From positions 1 to 62,095 of the forward strand of contig CAKPJL010000005.1 of assembly GCA_934162655.1 (NCBI GenBank): DNA of 62,095 bases. Direction: 5' to 3'. A program made the position numbers and the translations under genes. Shown here piece after piece: positions 7,533 through 17,859 of this stretch. The notes below the pieces were generated by a model. That model made no database searches and was not told where the DNA came from. It worked only from the letters and a program-made list of their open reading frames with translations. This DNA comes from an uncultured Clostridia bacterium (lineage in GTDB: Bacteria > Bacillota > Clostridia > TANB77 > CAG-465). The first letter of the stretch is position 1, and every line of letters starts with the position of its first letter.

Positions 7533-8285
7533 TTATTTATTCATTAATCTAAAAATCCAATCAAACATAACACTTCCAAGCCAACTACAAAAAGTAATAT
7601 ATATATCTATTATAATATCTGCTTTTACAAACATTAATATTATAGCCCCTATTACTATAAAAGGACCAAACGGAATATAACTTCCACCATCTTTTTTCTT
7701 TGTAATTAAAAGCACGCCACCTATAACAGCTCCAAATACAAAAGATACTAGTGCTATAACTATAATATACTTTAATCCAAAAAATAGTCCAAGTGAAGCC
7801 ATTAACTTAACGTCTCCAAATCCCATTCCCTCTTTTTTAAATATCAATAGTGCTAGGAGTCCAAGTAACCAAAAAATTAGTCCACCGGCAAGTGCCCCAA
7901 GTAAATAAGACCACCATGAGGACAAATTTACCAGTAAATTTACCACTCCACAAAGTGAAATTATTATATGGACTTCATCTGGAATCAACTGAAATCTATA
8001 ATCTATGGAAAACACAAGCATTAGAGCAAATATTATTATCATATAAAAATATATGCTATACACATTTCCAATAAAATATACTAAGCTATTATATAAAACT
8101 AACAATATTAAAGAATATTTAAAATCAATTTTAAAGTCACTATCAAGCCCATTAAAGAACTCCTTATATGTTATTTCCTCTTTTACTACTGGGGGCATTT
8201 TTTTTACTAATTGTCCAAGCATTTGACCAAGCACAATAGCAACAACACTTACAATTAAATATGGCAATATAACGCTAAAACTCAC
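7533..8285 (-). CDS. A24-family prepilin peptidase (no Cys-rich methyltransferase N-domain)
   Basis: Polytopic membrane protein with both catalytic Asp motifs (SIDYRFQLIPDE and GMGFGDVKLM). GTG start overlaps the upstream stop. Confidence 0.8.
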   Translation of the reverse strand: MSFSVILPYLIVSVVAIVLGQMLGQLVKKMPPVVKEEITYKEFFNGLDSDFKIDFKYSLILLVLYNSLVYFIGNVYSIYFYMIIIFALMLVFSIDYRFQLIPDEVHIIISLCGVVNLLVNLSSWWSYLLGALAGGLIFWLLGLLALLIFKKEGMGFGDVKLMASLGLFFGLKYIIVIALVSFVFGAVIGGVLLITKKKDGGSYIPFGPFIVIGAIILMFVKADIIIDIYITFCSWLGSVMFDWIFRLMNK

Positions 8286-8839
8286 TACTTACTTTCCTTT
8301 CCTATTTCCCTTTTATAATATTTTTTAAGTATCCATCTTTCAAGTGGCCTCTTTACTTTAGTAACAATTATTTCCTTTTCAGCTATAGGACAAACTAACA
8401 CCGTTTTTATTCCAAATCTATTTCCACCCCATATATCAGTAAATAGTTGATCACCAACCATCAAGATATTTTCTTTTTCAACTTGCATTTCATCCAAAAC
8501 TACTTTTTTAAATCCTCTTTTAAAAGGTTTTGATGCATTATAATGATACTTCATTCCAAGCTCTTTTGCTACTCTTTTTACTTTTTTACCCATTGCGGAA
8601 TTACTTAATATATGTAGCTTTACACCCTTTGAAGCTATATATTCTGTCCATTTTTTTAACTTATCACTATATTTATAGTTGTTATCTACAAGAGTATTAT
8701 CCATATCAAATAAAATAAGTTTTATATTTTGCCCAATAATTAAATCAAACGGTATACTTTCAACATCTGGATAAACATATGTTGGATAAAATCTATCAAA
8801 AAAGGTCTTATTTTCTACATTTTTTTTCATATTTAACAC
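8285..8839 (-). CDS. YqeG-family HAD-IIIA phosphatase
   Basis: Motifs LILFDMDNTLV, LSNS and MVGDQLFTDIWGGN. Confidence 0.8.
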   Translation of the reverse strand: MLNMKKNVENKTFFDRFYPTYVYPDVESIPFDLIIGQNIKLILFDMDNTLVDNNYKYSDKLKKWTEYIASKGVKLHILSNSAMGKKVKRVAKELGMKYHYNASKPFKRGFKKVVLDEMQVEKENILMVGDQLFTDIWGGNRFGIKTVLVCPIAEKEIIVTKVKRPLERWILKKYYKREIGKESK

Positions 8840-8960
8840 CTCTTATTTCAAATTTATTAATATACATTTTACTATATATAAAATCATTTTTCAATCGATT
8901 TTATGAAATATTTAAATATTCTAAATCTTGATACTAAGTATTGGTTTTTTATGTAATCTA

Positions 8961-8989
8961 TTGATTTTGAATCACATATATGTTATAAT
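8961..8989 (+). promoter_or_regulatory. Near-consensus sigma-A promoter
   Basis: TTGATT (8961-8966), 17 nt, TATAAT (8984-8989), about 55 nt upstream of the VanW-domain gene. Confidence 0.5.
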
Positions 8990-9042
8990 ATTAAGTATGA
9001 GTAAACCAAACTCAAAAATAAATATTTTTGGAGGACAAAAAA

Positions 9043-10212
9043 ATGAAAAAAATTATAAGGCTTTTTACATGCGTGATCGCAACATCTCTTTTAGCTTCTT
9101 GTGCGGCAGAGACTAAAGAAGATTCACCCATTGTTACAAGCCCAGAGACGACATCTTCGATAACTACAACACAGCCGACTACTACAAAAGAATTTATAAC
9201 TACGACTCAAGAAAAAGTCGAAAATGTGATTACCACATTCGATATTGATGTTCCACAGACTGATATATCAGAAGAAATAAATACTCAGATTGAGAAAGAT
9301 GCAGAACCTCAAAAATACGATGATAAGGACTTATTTAGCATTTGTGGTACTATTACGAATTCTGTAAACATGCGGTCTACCCCTAATACCCAAAGCGATG
9401 AAAATATAATAAAGGTACTTTCTCCGGGAACTAAGGTAATTGCAACTAACTTAAATATCCAAAATGGATTTGTAAAAATTCATTTTGGCCAAGATGTTGG
9501 CTACGTTGTAAGTGACTACTTAGAATTAAGCAAAGTAGAACTTTTTGCGGCAAAGGATACCTCAATTGATAATGTTGTAATAGAATGCGGAGAAAGCGTT
9601 GTATTATATGAGGGTGAAGCAAATACTTTTTACGATGAAGGCTACAATCTGGTTAGTATAGAAAGAAGTGACTTTTTAGAAAAGTCAGAATTCTTAAAGA
9701 CAAGACTCGATTGTGCTACAAAAGAGCTTGTTACTTCTTTTTACACTTATTATTCATATGAAGAAAAATATGAAACAAAAGGATACAATATTGACCTTTG
9801 TTGCACAGAAGTAACAACAATAATTCCTTCTGGAAAAAACTTCAATTGGTTTGAGGTTGTAGGTAACACAGGAAAAGAAGAAGGATACAAACTTGCAAAT
9901 ACATTCTCAGGCGGCAAGGTAGTACCTGGTTACGGTGGCGGTGTGTGTCAAGTTGCCTCTACAATTTACAACTGTGTTTTAAACTTAAATATGGGGGTAA
10001 TAGAACGTCATCCTCATGGAATGGCAGTAAGCTATGTTGACTGGTATAACGGTAAAGATGCCACAGTAGGTGATATTGGTGGTCCAAACCTAATATTTAA
10101 GAATAATCTAGGATATGATCTGTATATTAAAGCCTACACAGAAGAGGCTCCTCAAAACGATATTACCACTCGTGGTAAATTAATTGTGGAGTTTTATAAA
10201 CTTACATGGTAA
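9043..10212 (+). CDS. Lipoprotein with Thr-rich linker, SH3-like domain and VanW domain
   Basis: Lipobox LLASC. GGAGG RBS before the ATG at 9043. C-terminal GGGVCQVASTIYNCVL ... HPHGMAVSYV ... GKDATV is typical of VanW. G+C is visibly higher than the surroundings. Confidence 0.8.
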   Translation: MKKIIRLFTCVIATSLLASCAAETKEDSPIVTSPETTSSITTTQPTTTKEFITTTQEKVENVITTFDIDVPQTDISEEINTQIEKDAEPQKYDDKDLFSICGTITNSVNMRSTPNTQSDENIIKVLSPGTKVIATNLNIQNGFVKIHFGQDVGYVVSDYLELSKVELFAAKDTSIDNVVIECGESVVLYEGEANTFYDEGYNLVSIERSDFLEKSEFLKTRLDCATKELVTSFYTYYSYEEKYETKGYNIDLCCTEVTTIIPSGKNFNWFEVVGNTGKEEGYKLANTFSGGKVVPGYGGGVCQVASTIYNCVLNLNMGVIERHPHGMAVSYVDWYNGKDATVGDIGGPNLIFKNNLGYDLYIKAYTEEAPQNDITTRGKLIVEFYKLTW

Positions 10213-10221
10213 AAACTATTA

Positions 10222-10251
10222 ATGCATCCAATTTTTTGGATGCATTTTTTA
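10222..10251 (+). terminator. Intrinsic terminator
   Basis: ATGCATCCA pairs with TGGATGCAT, followed by a T run. Confidence 0.6.
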
Positions 10252-10331
10252 TTTATGTTCTTATAGATTTTTTTTAAATAATATGATATACTATTATGCG
10301 TAAATGTTATTTTATAAAGGTTGTGAGTTAT

Positions 10332-11573
10332 ATGGATAATAAAAATGTTTATGATATATTAAAAGAAAGAGATTTAATAAAACAAATTATATATGAAGAT
10401 GAATTTAAAGAACTAGTTAAAAATAAAAAAACTTCTGTATATTTAGGAATTGACCCAACGGCTGATAGCATTCATATTGGACACTTTATACCACTTATGT
10501 TAATGTCATATTTTCAAAAATGTGGTCATACTCCTATTATATTAGTTGGTGGAGGAACAGCTTTAATTGGTGATCCTAGTGGTAAAACTGATATGAGAAA
10601 AATGTTAACAAAAGAAGACATATCAAGAAATGTAGACAAAATAATAAAACAAGTCAGTCGTTTTGTTTCATTCGAAGGTGAAAATGCAGCAAAAATAGTA
10701 AATAATGGTGATTGGATACTTGACCTAAATTATATGGATTTTATAAGAACATATGGAATACATTTTAATGTAAATACTATGCTTTCTGCTGAATGTTTTA
10801 AACAACGTATGGAACGCGGAGGGCTTACATTTTTCGAGCTTAACTATATGCTTATGCAAAGCTATGATTTTTTAAAATTATATGAGCAATATAACTGCCA
10901 AATAGAAATTGGCGGAGATGACCAATGGTCAAATATGATTGCAGGCGTTAATTTAATTAGAAAATTACATAAACAAGGAAGTTTTTGCGTTACATGTCCT
11001 CTTTTACTAAACAAAGATGGTATAAAAATGGGTAAGACAGTAAACGGTGCTTTATGGCTTGATAGCGAAAAAACATCTCCATACGAATTCTACCAATATT
11101 GGAGAAATATAGATGATAAAGAAGTATATGATGTTCTTCGCATGTTAACTTTTTTACCAATGGATGAAGTAAAAAGACTCTCTTTGCTTGAAGGTGAAAA
11201 GATAAATGAAGCAAAAAAAATAGCTGCATTTGAAATAACAAAACTTATACATGGTGAAGATGCAGCAATAAATGCCAAAAAATCAGCAGAGGAACTATTT
11301 GAAAACTCTAACATTGCAGAAAATATGCCAACTGTTGAAATAAAAAAAGAAGATATTCAAGATTCTGGATTATCTATTGTTGATAGCTTGATTATAACAA
11401 GAATTGTACCTTCAAAAGGTCAGGCAAGAACACTTATTGAACAAGGTGGTATTTCTATTAATGATAAAAAAATAACTGATGTTAAACACTTAATTTCTAG
11501 TTTAGATTTTAAAAATGGATATATAATAATAAAAAAAGGTAAAAAAGTTTATATTAAGTTACAGTTAATCTAA
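10332..11573 (+). CDS. tyrS: Tyrosine--tRNA ligase
   Basis: HIGH motif (SIHIGH), KMSKS-type KMGKT, and a C-terminal S4-like domain. The internal ATG at 10332 is preferred as the start. Confidence 0.95.
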   Translation: MDNKNVYDILKERDLIKQIIYEDEFKELVKNKKTSVYLGIDPTADSIHIGHFIPLMLMSYFQKCGHTPIILVGGGTALIGDPSGKTDMRKMLTKEDISRNVDKIIKQVSRFVSFEGENAAKIVNNGDWILDLNYMDFIRTYGIHFNVNTMLSAECFKQRMERGGLTFFELNYMLMQSYDFLKLYEQYNCQIEIGGDDQWSNMIAGVNLIRKLHKQGSFCVTCPLLLNKDGIKMGKTVNGALWLDSEKTSPYEFYQYWRNIDDKEVYDVLRMLTFLPMDEVKRLSLLEGEKINEAKKIAAFEITKLIHGEDAAINAKKSAEELFENSNIAENMPTVEIKKEDIQDSGLSIVDSLIITRIVPSKGQARTLIEQGGISINDKKITDVKHLISSLDFKNGYIIIKKGKKVYIKLQLI

Positions 11574-11593
11574 TTTATGAAAGAAGTGATGAT

Positions 11594-12241
11594 ATGTTAT
11601 ATACAGTTGGTGAAGAAATATTTAATGCAGTAACCCATGGTATAGGTGCTCTACTCTCAATTGCTGCATTAGTTATAATGATTATATTTACTAGCCTTTA
11701 TGGTAATATATGGCAAATTGTTAGTGTCTCTATATATGGTGGAACTCTTGTTATACTATATACCATTTCAACAATTTATCATTCACTTACACATGTAAAG
11801 GCAAAAAAAGTCTTTCAAATACTTGACCATTCTGCTATATATTTACTTATTGCAGGAACTTATACTCCATATACACTTGTACTATTAAGGCAAGAAAGTA
11901 TAAAAGGATGGATACTGTTTGGAGTAATATGGGGACTTACTATTTTAGGAATAATTCTTACATCTTTGTTTATGGAAAAACTATTTAAAATTGAGGTTTT
12001 TACTTTTTTAATAATGGGATTTTCAATACTTTTTGCTCTTCCCGAGATGATTAATTATTTTAATTTATATAGTAACAATTTAATGGGTATATTTTGGTTA
12101 GTATGTGGTGGTATTTTATACGCAACTGGCTGTATATTTTATAAAATAAAAAAAATTAAATACTTCCATTCGATATTTCATATCTTTGTTTTACTTGGAA
12201 GTATATGCCATTTTATATCAATAATGTTTTATGTACTTTGA
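11594..12241 (+). CDS. Hemolysin III / PAQR-family membrane protein
   Basis: Seven TM segments. Motifs NAVTHGIG, YHSLTH, DHSAIYLLIAGTYTP and HIFV. Confidence 0.85.
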   Translation: MLYTVGEEIFNAVTHGIGALLSIAALVIMIIFTSLYGNIWQIVSVSIYGGTLVILYTISTIYHSLTHVKAKKVFQILDHSAIYLLIAGTYTPYTLVLLRQESIKGWILFGVIWGLTILGIILTSLFMEKLFKIEVFTFLIMGFSILFALPEMINYFNLYSNNLMGIFWLVCGGILYATGCIFYKIKKIKYFHSIFHIFVLLGSICHFISIMFYVL

Positions 12242-12258
12242 GTTTTTAGGGGAAAAAA

Positions 12259-12702
12259 ATGAATAATAAACTGATGATTTTTATAATTATATTACTAATA
12301 GTTTTATCAATTGTTGGAATAAAATATTTAAGCATTATAATAAACTATGATTCAGATAGCCAAAAATACTTTCCTATAACAGAGGAAGAAAAGAATTTTA
12401 TTTTAAATTTCTATTACTATAAAAAAGTTCCAAATGAAAAACAAACAGAAAAAATATTTAATCAATTAGAAGGTAAAATAGACTTGAGTAAAAAAACTAT
12501 CGACATGCTAGAAGTTTACAGAGTAGCAAGAAAATATTATAAAGATGATTTTAAAGTCATAGAATATAAACATCCTAATTTCTTAGTAAATAAATTTTAT
12601 ACTATATCACTAAATTTTTCTAATGGTTATAAAAAGACTTTGTTAATTGAAAACATAAATAACAAAAAAGTAGTTTTTAGTGAAAACAATTATAATGATT
12701 AG
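12259..12702 (+). CDS. Hypothetical membrane-anchored protein
   Basis: RBS, N-terminal TM helix, no recognised motif. Confidence 0.5.
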   Translation: MNNKLMIFIIILLIVLSIVGIKYLSIIINYDSDSQKYFPITEEEKNFILNFYYYKKVPNEKQTEKIFNQLEGKIDLSKKTIDMLEVYRVARKYYKDDFKVIEYKHPNFLVNKFYTISLNFSNGYKKTLLIENINNKKVVFSENNYND

Positions 12703-12800
12703 TTTATTAAAAAGAGTAAAAAAACCAAGATTAAACTAGGTATTGTACAAATACTATTACAAAAAAGAATAAAATATTTCTGATTATTATAAGTTTATAA

Positions 12801-12838
12801 AAGTTCTGAAACACTTATTATAAGTAATTTCAGAACTT
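12801..12838 (+). terminator. Intrinsic terminator
   Basis: AAGTTCTGAAA pairs with TTTCAGAACTT, followed by a T-rich tail. Confidence 0.5.
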
Positions 12839-12844
12839 TAATTT

Positions 12845-12919
12845 TGGTGACCCATACGGGAATCGAACCCATGATTCGGCCTTGAGAGGGCCGCGTCTTA
12901 ACCGCTTGACCAATGGGCC
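12845..12919 (-). tRNA. tRNA-Glu (CTC)
   Basis: Hand-folded cloverleaf. Acceptor is GGCCCAT/ATGGGTC. Anticodon stem is CGGCC/GGCCG with loop CTCTCAA. T loop is TTCGATT and CCA is encoded. Close to the Bacillus tRNA-Glu sequence. Confidence 0.85.
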
Positions 12920-13044
12920 ACATATACATTTATTATAACATACTTTTTTTAATTAGTAAACAGTTTATCTAAAATTTAATTTTATAAACCAATAAAACGA
13001 ATATATTTAATTAATTTACACAAAACATATTTAGGTGATATATA

Positions 13045-14373
13045 TTGGAAAAAATTTATCATAAATATAGCAAATATAATAGTTCCCAAATATTAACTAT
13101 ATATGTCGAATATCCAGACAGTTATGAATTTTCACTAGATTTTCAAACATTAAAAAAGAATGCAAAATCTCTTGCAAATAAGATTAGAGAATATGCTTTT
13201 AAAAATATTGGAACGGTAAGTAATCAAACAGCCCTTCTAGTTCTCAACGGAGTTGTTGTAGGAACTATTTTGCTTACTTCATTAAATTCCAAATTACAAT
13301 CTAGGCAAATAACAAACTTAACAAATAAGAATGAAGGAGAAATGTCTGTATCTACAATTAATAACATAGATAATGAAATCCAAGAAATGACTTATACTAA
13401 ACAACTAGAAGAAGAAAAAAATGATATTGTAAATACATCTATCAATCCAAATGCCACAAATAAAACGCAAACTAAGAATTCAAATACCACAAACACAAAT
13501 TCAAAAACACAAAAACCAAATGCTAGTAGTTCTAATTCCAACTCTCAAAACACAAATTCATCTTCTACTCCCCCACAAGAAACAAATGAAAAACAAGTTT
13601 CAGTAAGGTTAGCATCTGGTCAAGTTTTATCTATATCACTTGAAGACTATGTTGTAGGCGTGGTGGCTTCTGAAATGCCAGCCTCATTTAATATAGAAGC
13701 ACTAAAAGCTCAATCGGTAGCAGCAAGAACTTATGCATTAAAGAGATCTAATACGACACTTAGTGCCACAACATCAGATCAAGTTTATAAAACAGTGGAT
13801 CAGCTAAAGGCAATGTGGGGAAATTCATTTAACACATATTATAACAAAGTAAAAAACGCAGTAAATGCTACAAGAGGAAAGTATATTACCTATAATGGAA
13901 CATATATAGATGCCTTATATTTTTCTACAAGCAATGGAAAAACAGAAGATCCAGTATATGTCTGGGGAAAAAGCTATCCTTATTTGAAAAGTGTGGATAG
14001 TCCCTATGATACTTCTCTTCGTTCTTATTCTTATACTACATCTATTCCACTAGCAACTTTCAATAAAAAATTAGGTGTAAATGTATCAGATAATTCTCAG
14101 ATTAATATATTAAGTAAAACCACAGGAAATAGAATAAACCAGATCTCAATTGGTGATAAAACTTTTACAGGAGTAAAGGTTAGAACACTCTTAGGTCTGC
14201 GTTCAGCAGATTTTGACATATCAATTTCCAACAGTACCGTTACAATTTCTACACATGGTTTCGGACATGGTTGTGGAATGAGCCAATATGGTGCAAATGA
14301 AATGGCTAAGCAAGGAAAAAGTTATATTGAGATACTAAAGTATTATTATACTAATGTAGAAATAAAAGGTTAG
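13045..14373 (+). CDS. SpoIID/LytB-domain protein (amidase enhancer family)
   Basis: TTG start with AGGTGA RBS. Motifs ALKAQSVAARTYAL, YFSTSNGKTE and GHGCGMSQYGA. Asn/Ser/Thr-rich linker. Confidence 0.85.
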   Translation: MEKIYHKYSKYNSSQILTIYVEYPDSYEFSLDFQTLKKNAKSLANKIREYAFKNIGTVSNQTALLVLNGVVVGTILLTSLNSKLQSRQITNLTNKNEGEMSVSTINNIDNEIQEMTYTKQLEEEKNDIVNTSINPNATNKTQTKNSNTTNTNSKTQKPNASSSNSNSQNTNSSSTPPQETNEKQVSVRLASGQVLSISLEDYVVGVVASEMPASFNIEALKAQSVAARTYALKRSNTTLSATTSDQVYKTVDQLKAMWGNSFNTYYNKVKNAVNATRGKYITYNGTYIDALYFSTSNGKTEDPVYVWGKSYPYLKSVDSPYDTSLRSYSYTTSIPLATFNKKLGVNVSDNSQINILSKTTGNRINQISIGDKTFTGVKVRTLLGLRSADFDISISNSTVTISTHGFGHGCGMSQYGANEMAKQGKSYIEILKYYYTNVEIKG

Positions 14374-14388
14374 ATATTTTCTAACCTT

Positions 14389-15120
14389 TTATCTTTCATC
14401 ACTTGTCATATTCTTTTTAAATACAATACCTGAAATTACCAAGATTATAATCATGTACATTAAAAATACAATAACATTTTTTAGTGTTATGATTCTTATA
14501 TTATTTTGCATGACTCCCTTTACTATATTTACGCACGCTTCAAATGGTAAATATTCACATATTTTAGAAAATAAGTTTCCTACCAATTCTTTTGGAAAAT
14601 ACATACCACTAGTGAAACATACTAATTGAACTATAATACTTGAAATTCCGGAAGCTGCTTTATCAGAGAATACACTTCCTATAAGTATTCCTATTGAAAT
14701 AAATAGTATAGATATAAAAAGTGAAATAAAAATAGCATATATAATATTTATACTAAAACTTAATCCTAAAATAATTGAAAGTAAAAAAAACAATACATTT
14801 TGTATAATTACTAATAATAATATAGAAAATATATATCCTAATATATACTCTGTTGTTTTCATTGGACTAACACACAACCTAACTAAAAAGGATGTTTTTC
14901 TATCTTTTGATACTAATATGGCCGTAAACATTTCAATAAATGAAAAACCAAATATAATTATACCAGGAGTAAAATTTTCAATTTTATAAGAATCACTTGG
15001 AATATTAAATTGTTGAAATATAAAAAGTAGAAACATAGGTAGTATTATAGCAAATATAACGCTAAGTGGATCTCTTATTATCTCTTTAAAATTTCTTTTT
15101 ACAAAATTAAGAATTACCAT
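14389..15120 (-). CDS. ABC-2 type transporter permease
   Basis: Six TM segments. GGAGGA RBS before the ATG at 15120. Overlaps the end of the ATPase gene. Confidence 0.75.
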   Translation of the reverse strand: MVILNFVKRNFKEIIRDPLSVIFAIILPMFLLFIFQQFNIPSDSYKIENFTPGIIIFGFSFIEMFTAILVSKDRKTSFLVRLCVSPMKTTEYILGYIFSILLLVIIQNVLFFLLSIILGLSFSINIIYAIFISLFISILFISIGILIGSVFSDKAASGISSIIVQLVCFTSGMYFPKELVGNLFSKICEYLPFEACVNIVKGVMQNNIRIITLKNVIVFLMYMIIILVISGIVFKKNMTSDER

Positions 15121-15835
15121 AAGTATCTCCTCCTGTGACAATTGATATAAAAGCATCTTCAAAATTTTTAGTATTAGTTTTTTCTATGATATAACTGGTT
15201 GTTCCTACACACATTAAGTTTCCTTTATTTATTATTCCAACTCTATCTGATAGTTTTTCTGCTTCTTCCATATAATGAGTCGTAAGAATTATAGTAGTAT
15301 TACTTTTTATTTTATTAATTATTCTCCATAGTTCTTGCCTTGCTATTACATCAAGTCCTAATGTAGGCTCATCTAAAAATAGTATTTTTGGACTATTAAT
15401 TAGTGAGATAGCAATAGAAAGCTTTCTTTTCCATCCACCAGAAAGTTTTTTTGCCTTTTTATTTAATACCTCATCCAAACTAAATTCCTTTATTAAAGTT
15501 TTAATTCTCTCATCCTTATTTTCAATATTATATACCCCTGCCATAAATTCTAGATTTTCTTTTACAGTTAAATTTTCTGCAACAGCATTCTCCTGTGGTG
15601 ATATATTTAAAAGTCTTTTTATTTTTTGTGGATCTCTTAAAATATCATAATTATTAATCCTAACCGTTCCAGAAGTCGGCAAAATAAGTGTTGAAAGTAT
15701 CTTTATAAGTGTGGTCTTTCCAGCACCATTAGTTCCTAAAAGTGCAAAAATTTCCCCATCTCTAATTTCTAGATTTATATTATTTAATGCAATAGTGCCT
15801 TTATAACTTTTACACAAATTTTTTATGGTTATCAA
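15107..15835 (-). CDS. ABC transporter ATP-binding protein
   Basis: Walker A is GTNGAGKTT. Signature is LSGGWKRKLS. Walker B is ILFLDEPT. A TTG start at 15835 after GTGAGGGG is preferred over the longest ORF. Confidence 0.9.
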   Translation of the reverse strand: MITIKNLCKSYKGTIALNNINLEIRDGEIFALLGTNGAGKTTLIKILSTLILPTSGTVRINNYDILRDPQKIKRLLNISPQENAVAENLTVKENLEFMAGVYNIENKDERIKTLIKEFSLDEVLNKKAKKLSGGWKRKLSIAISLINSPKILFLDEPTLGLDVIARQELWRIINKIKSNTTIILTTHYMEEAEKLSDRVGIINKGNLMCVGTTSYIIEKTNTKNFEDAFISIVTGGDTYGNS

Positions 15836-15845
15836 ATATATCCCC

Positions 15846-16046
15846 TCACTTTTTTGGAAACACTTTGTTTGAAAGTTCATCTTGAATACTATCTGCTTTT
15901 ACAAGTGCTATACCTTGATTTTTATCACAAAGAACTATTATAGAGTCGCCTGTATTAATTAAGAACATATCTCTTACTTCCTTTGGAATTACTATCTGTC
16001 CTTTTTCCCCTACCTTACATATTCCCACATATTTATCTTTATTCAT
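15846..16046 (-). CDS. AbrB/MazE/SpoVT-family DNA-binding protein
   Basis: GQIVIPKEVRDMF swapped-hairpin motif. AAGGAGG RBS before the ATG at 16046. Confidence 0.75.
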   Translation of the reverse strand: MNKDKYVGICKVGEKGQIVIPKEVRDMFLINTGDSIIVLCDKNQGIALVKADSIQDELSNKVFPKK

Positions 16047-16275
16047 ATATTCCTCCTTTATGTTATACTTGTTATACTTTTCATACTTATTATACTTTAT
16101 ATTATTAAAAATGTCAATCTTATTCATATGTTAATAAAAGTAAGTATTCACATAAAAGCTACTTATGATTTTTAAAATTGTCAGATTTATAGTGAAAAAT
16201 AATGAATTTTGTCTAATATTATGATAAAATAGTTTTTACAAATACATAGATTTGTGTTCCCTAAAGGAGAGAAAC

Positions 16276-17859
16276 ATGAAAAAAGTTATTATAATTGGTG
16301 CTGGACCAGCGGGTTTAACCGCCGCATACGAATTATTAAAAGATAATAAAGAAGGATATGATGTAACTATACTAGAAGAAAGCGATTGTATAGGTGGAAT
16401 ATCCAAAACTGTTAACTATAAAGGAAATAGAATGGATATAGGTGGGCATAGATTCTTTTCTAAAGATAAAAGAATTATGAATTTTTGGGAAGAATTAATG
16501 CCTATACAGAAGGAAAAATCACTTGAAACAATAGATTTAAGTATTAACAATACATTAAAAGAAAATTTGGTAAATACTAAACAATCTGATAAAGTCATGC
16601 TAGTAAGAAATAGAGTTTCAAGAATATATTATCTAAAAAAATTTTTTGATTATCCAATAACAATGAAAAGAGAAACTTTTAAAAATATGGGAATTGCTAA
16701 AACAATGAAAGCTGGATTTAGTTATTTAAAAACAATATTTATTAAAAGAAAAGAAGATTCATTAGAAAATTTTTATATCAATAGATTTGGAAAAACACTA
16801 TATCAAATGTTCTTTGAAGAATATACCGAAAAGTTATGGGGAAGACATCCTTCACAAATATCAGCTGATTGGGGGGCTCAAAGAGTAAAAGGGCTATCAA
16901 TAAAAACTGTAGTAAAAGATATGTTTTGTAAAGGATTAAAAATAAAAAAAAGTGACAAAGTAGAAATATCACTAATAGAAGAGTTTTGGTATCCTAAGTT
17001 TGGGCCTGGTCAGCTTTGGGAAACTTTAGCTGACAAAATTGAAAAATTGGGTGGAAAAATATTAAAATGTCATAGAGTAAAAAATATTATTATTGATAAC
17101 GATAAAATAAAATCTGTTATATGTAATATAGATAACAAAGATATAATTTTTCATGGAGACATTTTTATATCTTCTATGCCATTAAAAGATTTAATAAACG
17201 GATTTTTAGGACAAGAAATCCCTTTAAGCATAGTCCAGATAGCAAATGGTTTACCCTATGTTGATTTTCAAACTGTAGGTTTACTAGTAAAGAAATTGAA
17301 ACTTGAAAATAAAACAAATATAAAGACATTAGGTAACATCATTCCAGATTGTTGGATATATGTACAAGAACCAGAAGTAAAAATGTTACGCTTTCAAATA
17401 TTTAACAATTGGTCGCCTTATTTAGTAAAAGATGTTTTAAATACAGTTTGGTTGGGACTAGAATATACATGTCAAGAAAATGATGATTTTTGGAATATGA
17501 GCGAGGAAGAATTTTCAAATTTTGCAATAAATGAGTTAGTCAGTATGCAAATTATTGACAAAGAAGATGTAATAGATTTTCACAGGGAAAAAATAAAAAA
17601 AGCTTATCCTTCATATTTTGATACTTATGCAAGAATTGATCAATTAATAAAATACTTAAATAAGTTTGAAAATTTATATTGCGTAGGTAGAAATGGACAA
17701 CATAGGTATAATAATATGGATCATTCAATGGCAACATCAATAGAAGCCGTAAAAAATATTAAATTAGGTATAAGTTGTAAAGATAACATATGGAATGTAA
17801 ATACAGAAAAAATTTATCATGAGGTGAAAAAAGCAAATGAAAAAATTTATAAAGAATAA
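16276..17859 (+). CDS. FAD/NAD(P)-binding oxidoreductase (amine-oxidase / UDP-galactopyranose-mutase-like)
   Basis: Rossmann motif [29 protein letters not shown] before the ATG at 16276. Confidence 0.8.
   Translation: MKKVIIIGAGPAGLTAAYELLKDNKEGYDVTILEESDCIGGISKTVNYKGNRMDIGGHRFFSKDKRIMNFWEELMPIQKEKSLETIDLSINNTLKENLVNTKQSDKVMLVRNRVSRIYYLKKFFDYPITMKRETFKNMGIAKTMKAGFSYLKTIFIKRKEDSLENFYINRFGKTLYQMFFEEYTEKLWGRHPSQISADWGAQRVKGLSIKTVVKDMFCKGLKIKKSDKVEISLIEEFWYPKFGPGQLWETLADKIEKLGGKILKCHRVKNIIIDNDKIKSVICNIDNKDIIFHGDIFISSMPLKDLINGFLGQEIPLSIVQIANGLPYVDFQTVGLLVKKLKLENKTNIKTLGNIIPDCWIYVQEPEVKMLRFQIFNNWSPYLVKDVLNTVWLGLEYTCQENDDFWNMSEEEFSNFAINELVSMQIIDKEDVIDFHREKIKKAYPSYFDTYARIDQLIKYLNKFENLYCVGRNGQHRYNNMDHSMATSIEAVKNIKLGISCKDNIWNVNTEKIYHEVKKANEKIYKE

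Noticed and set aside
10213-10331. Looked for a T-box leader upstream of tyrS.
   Set aside because: Only about 120 nt are available, and most of it is the terminator of the upstream gene. There is no specifier or T-box sequence and no room for the usual leader of more than 200 nt.
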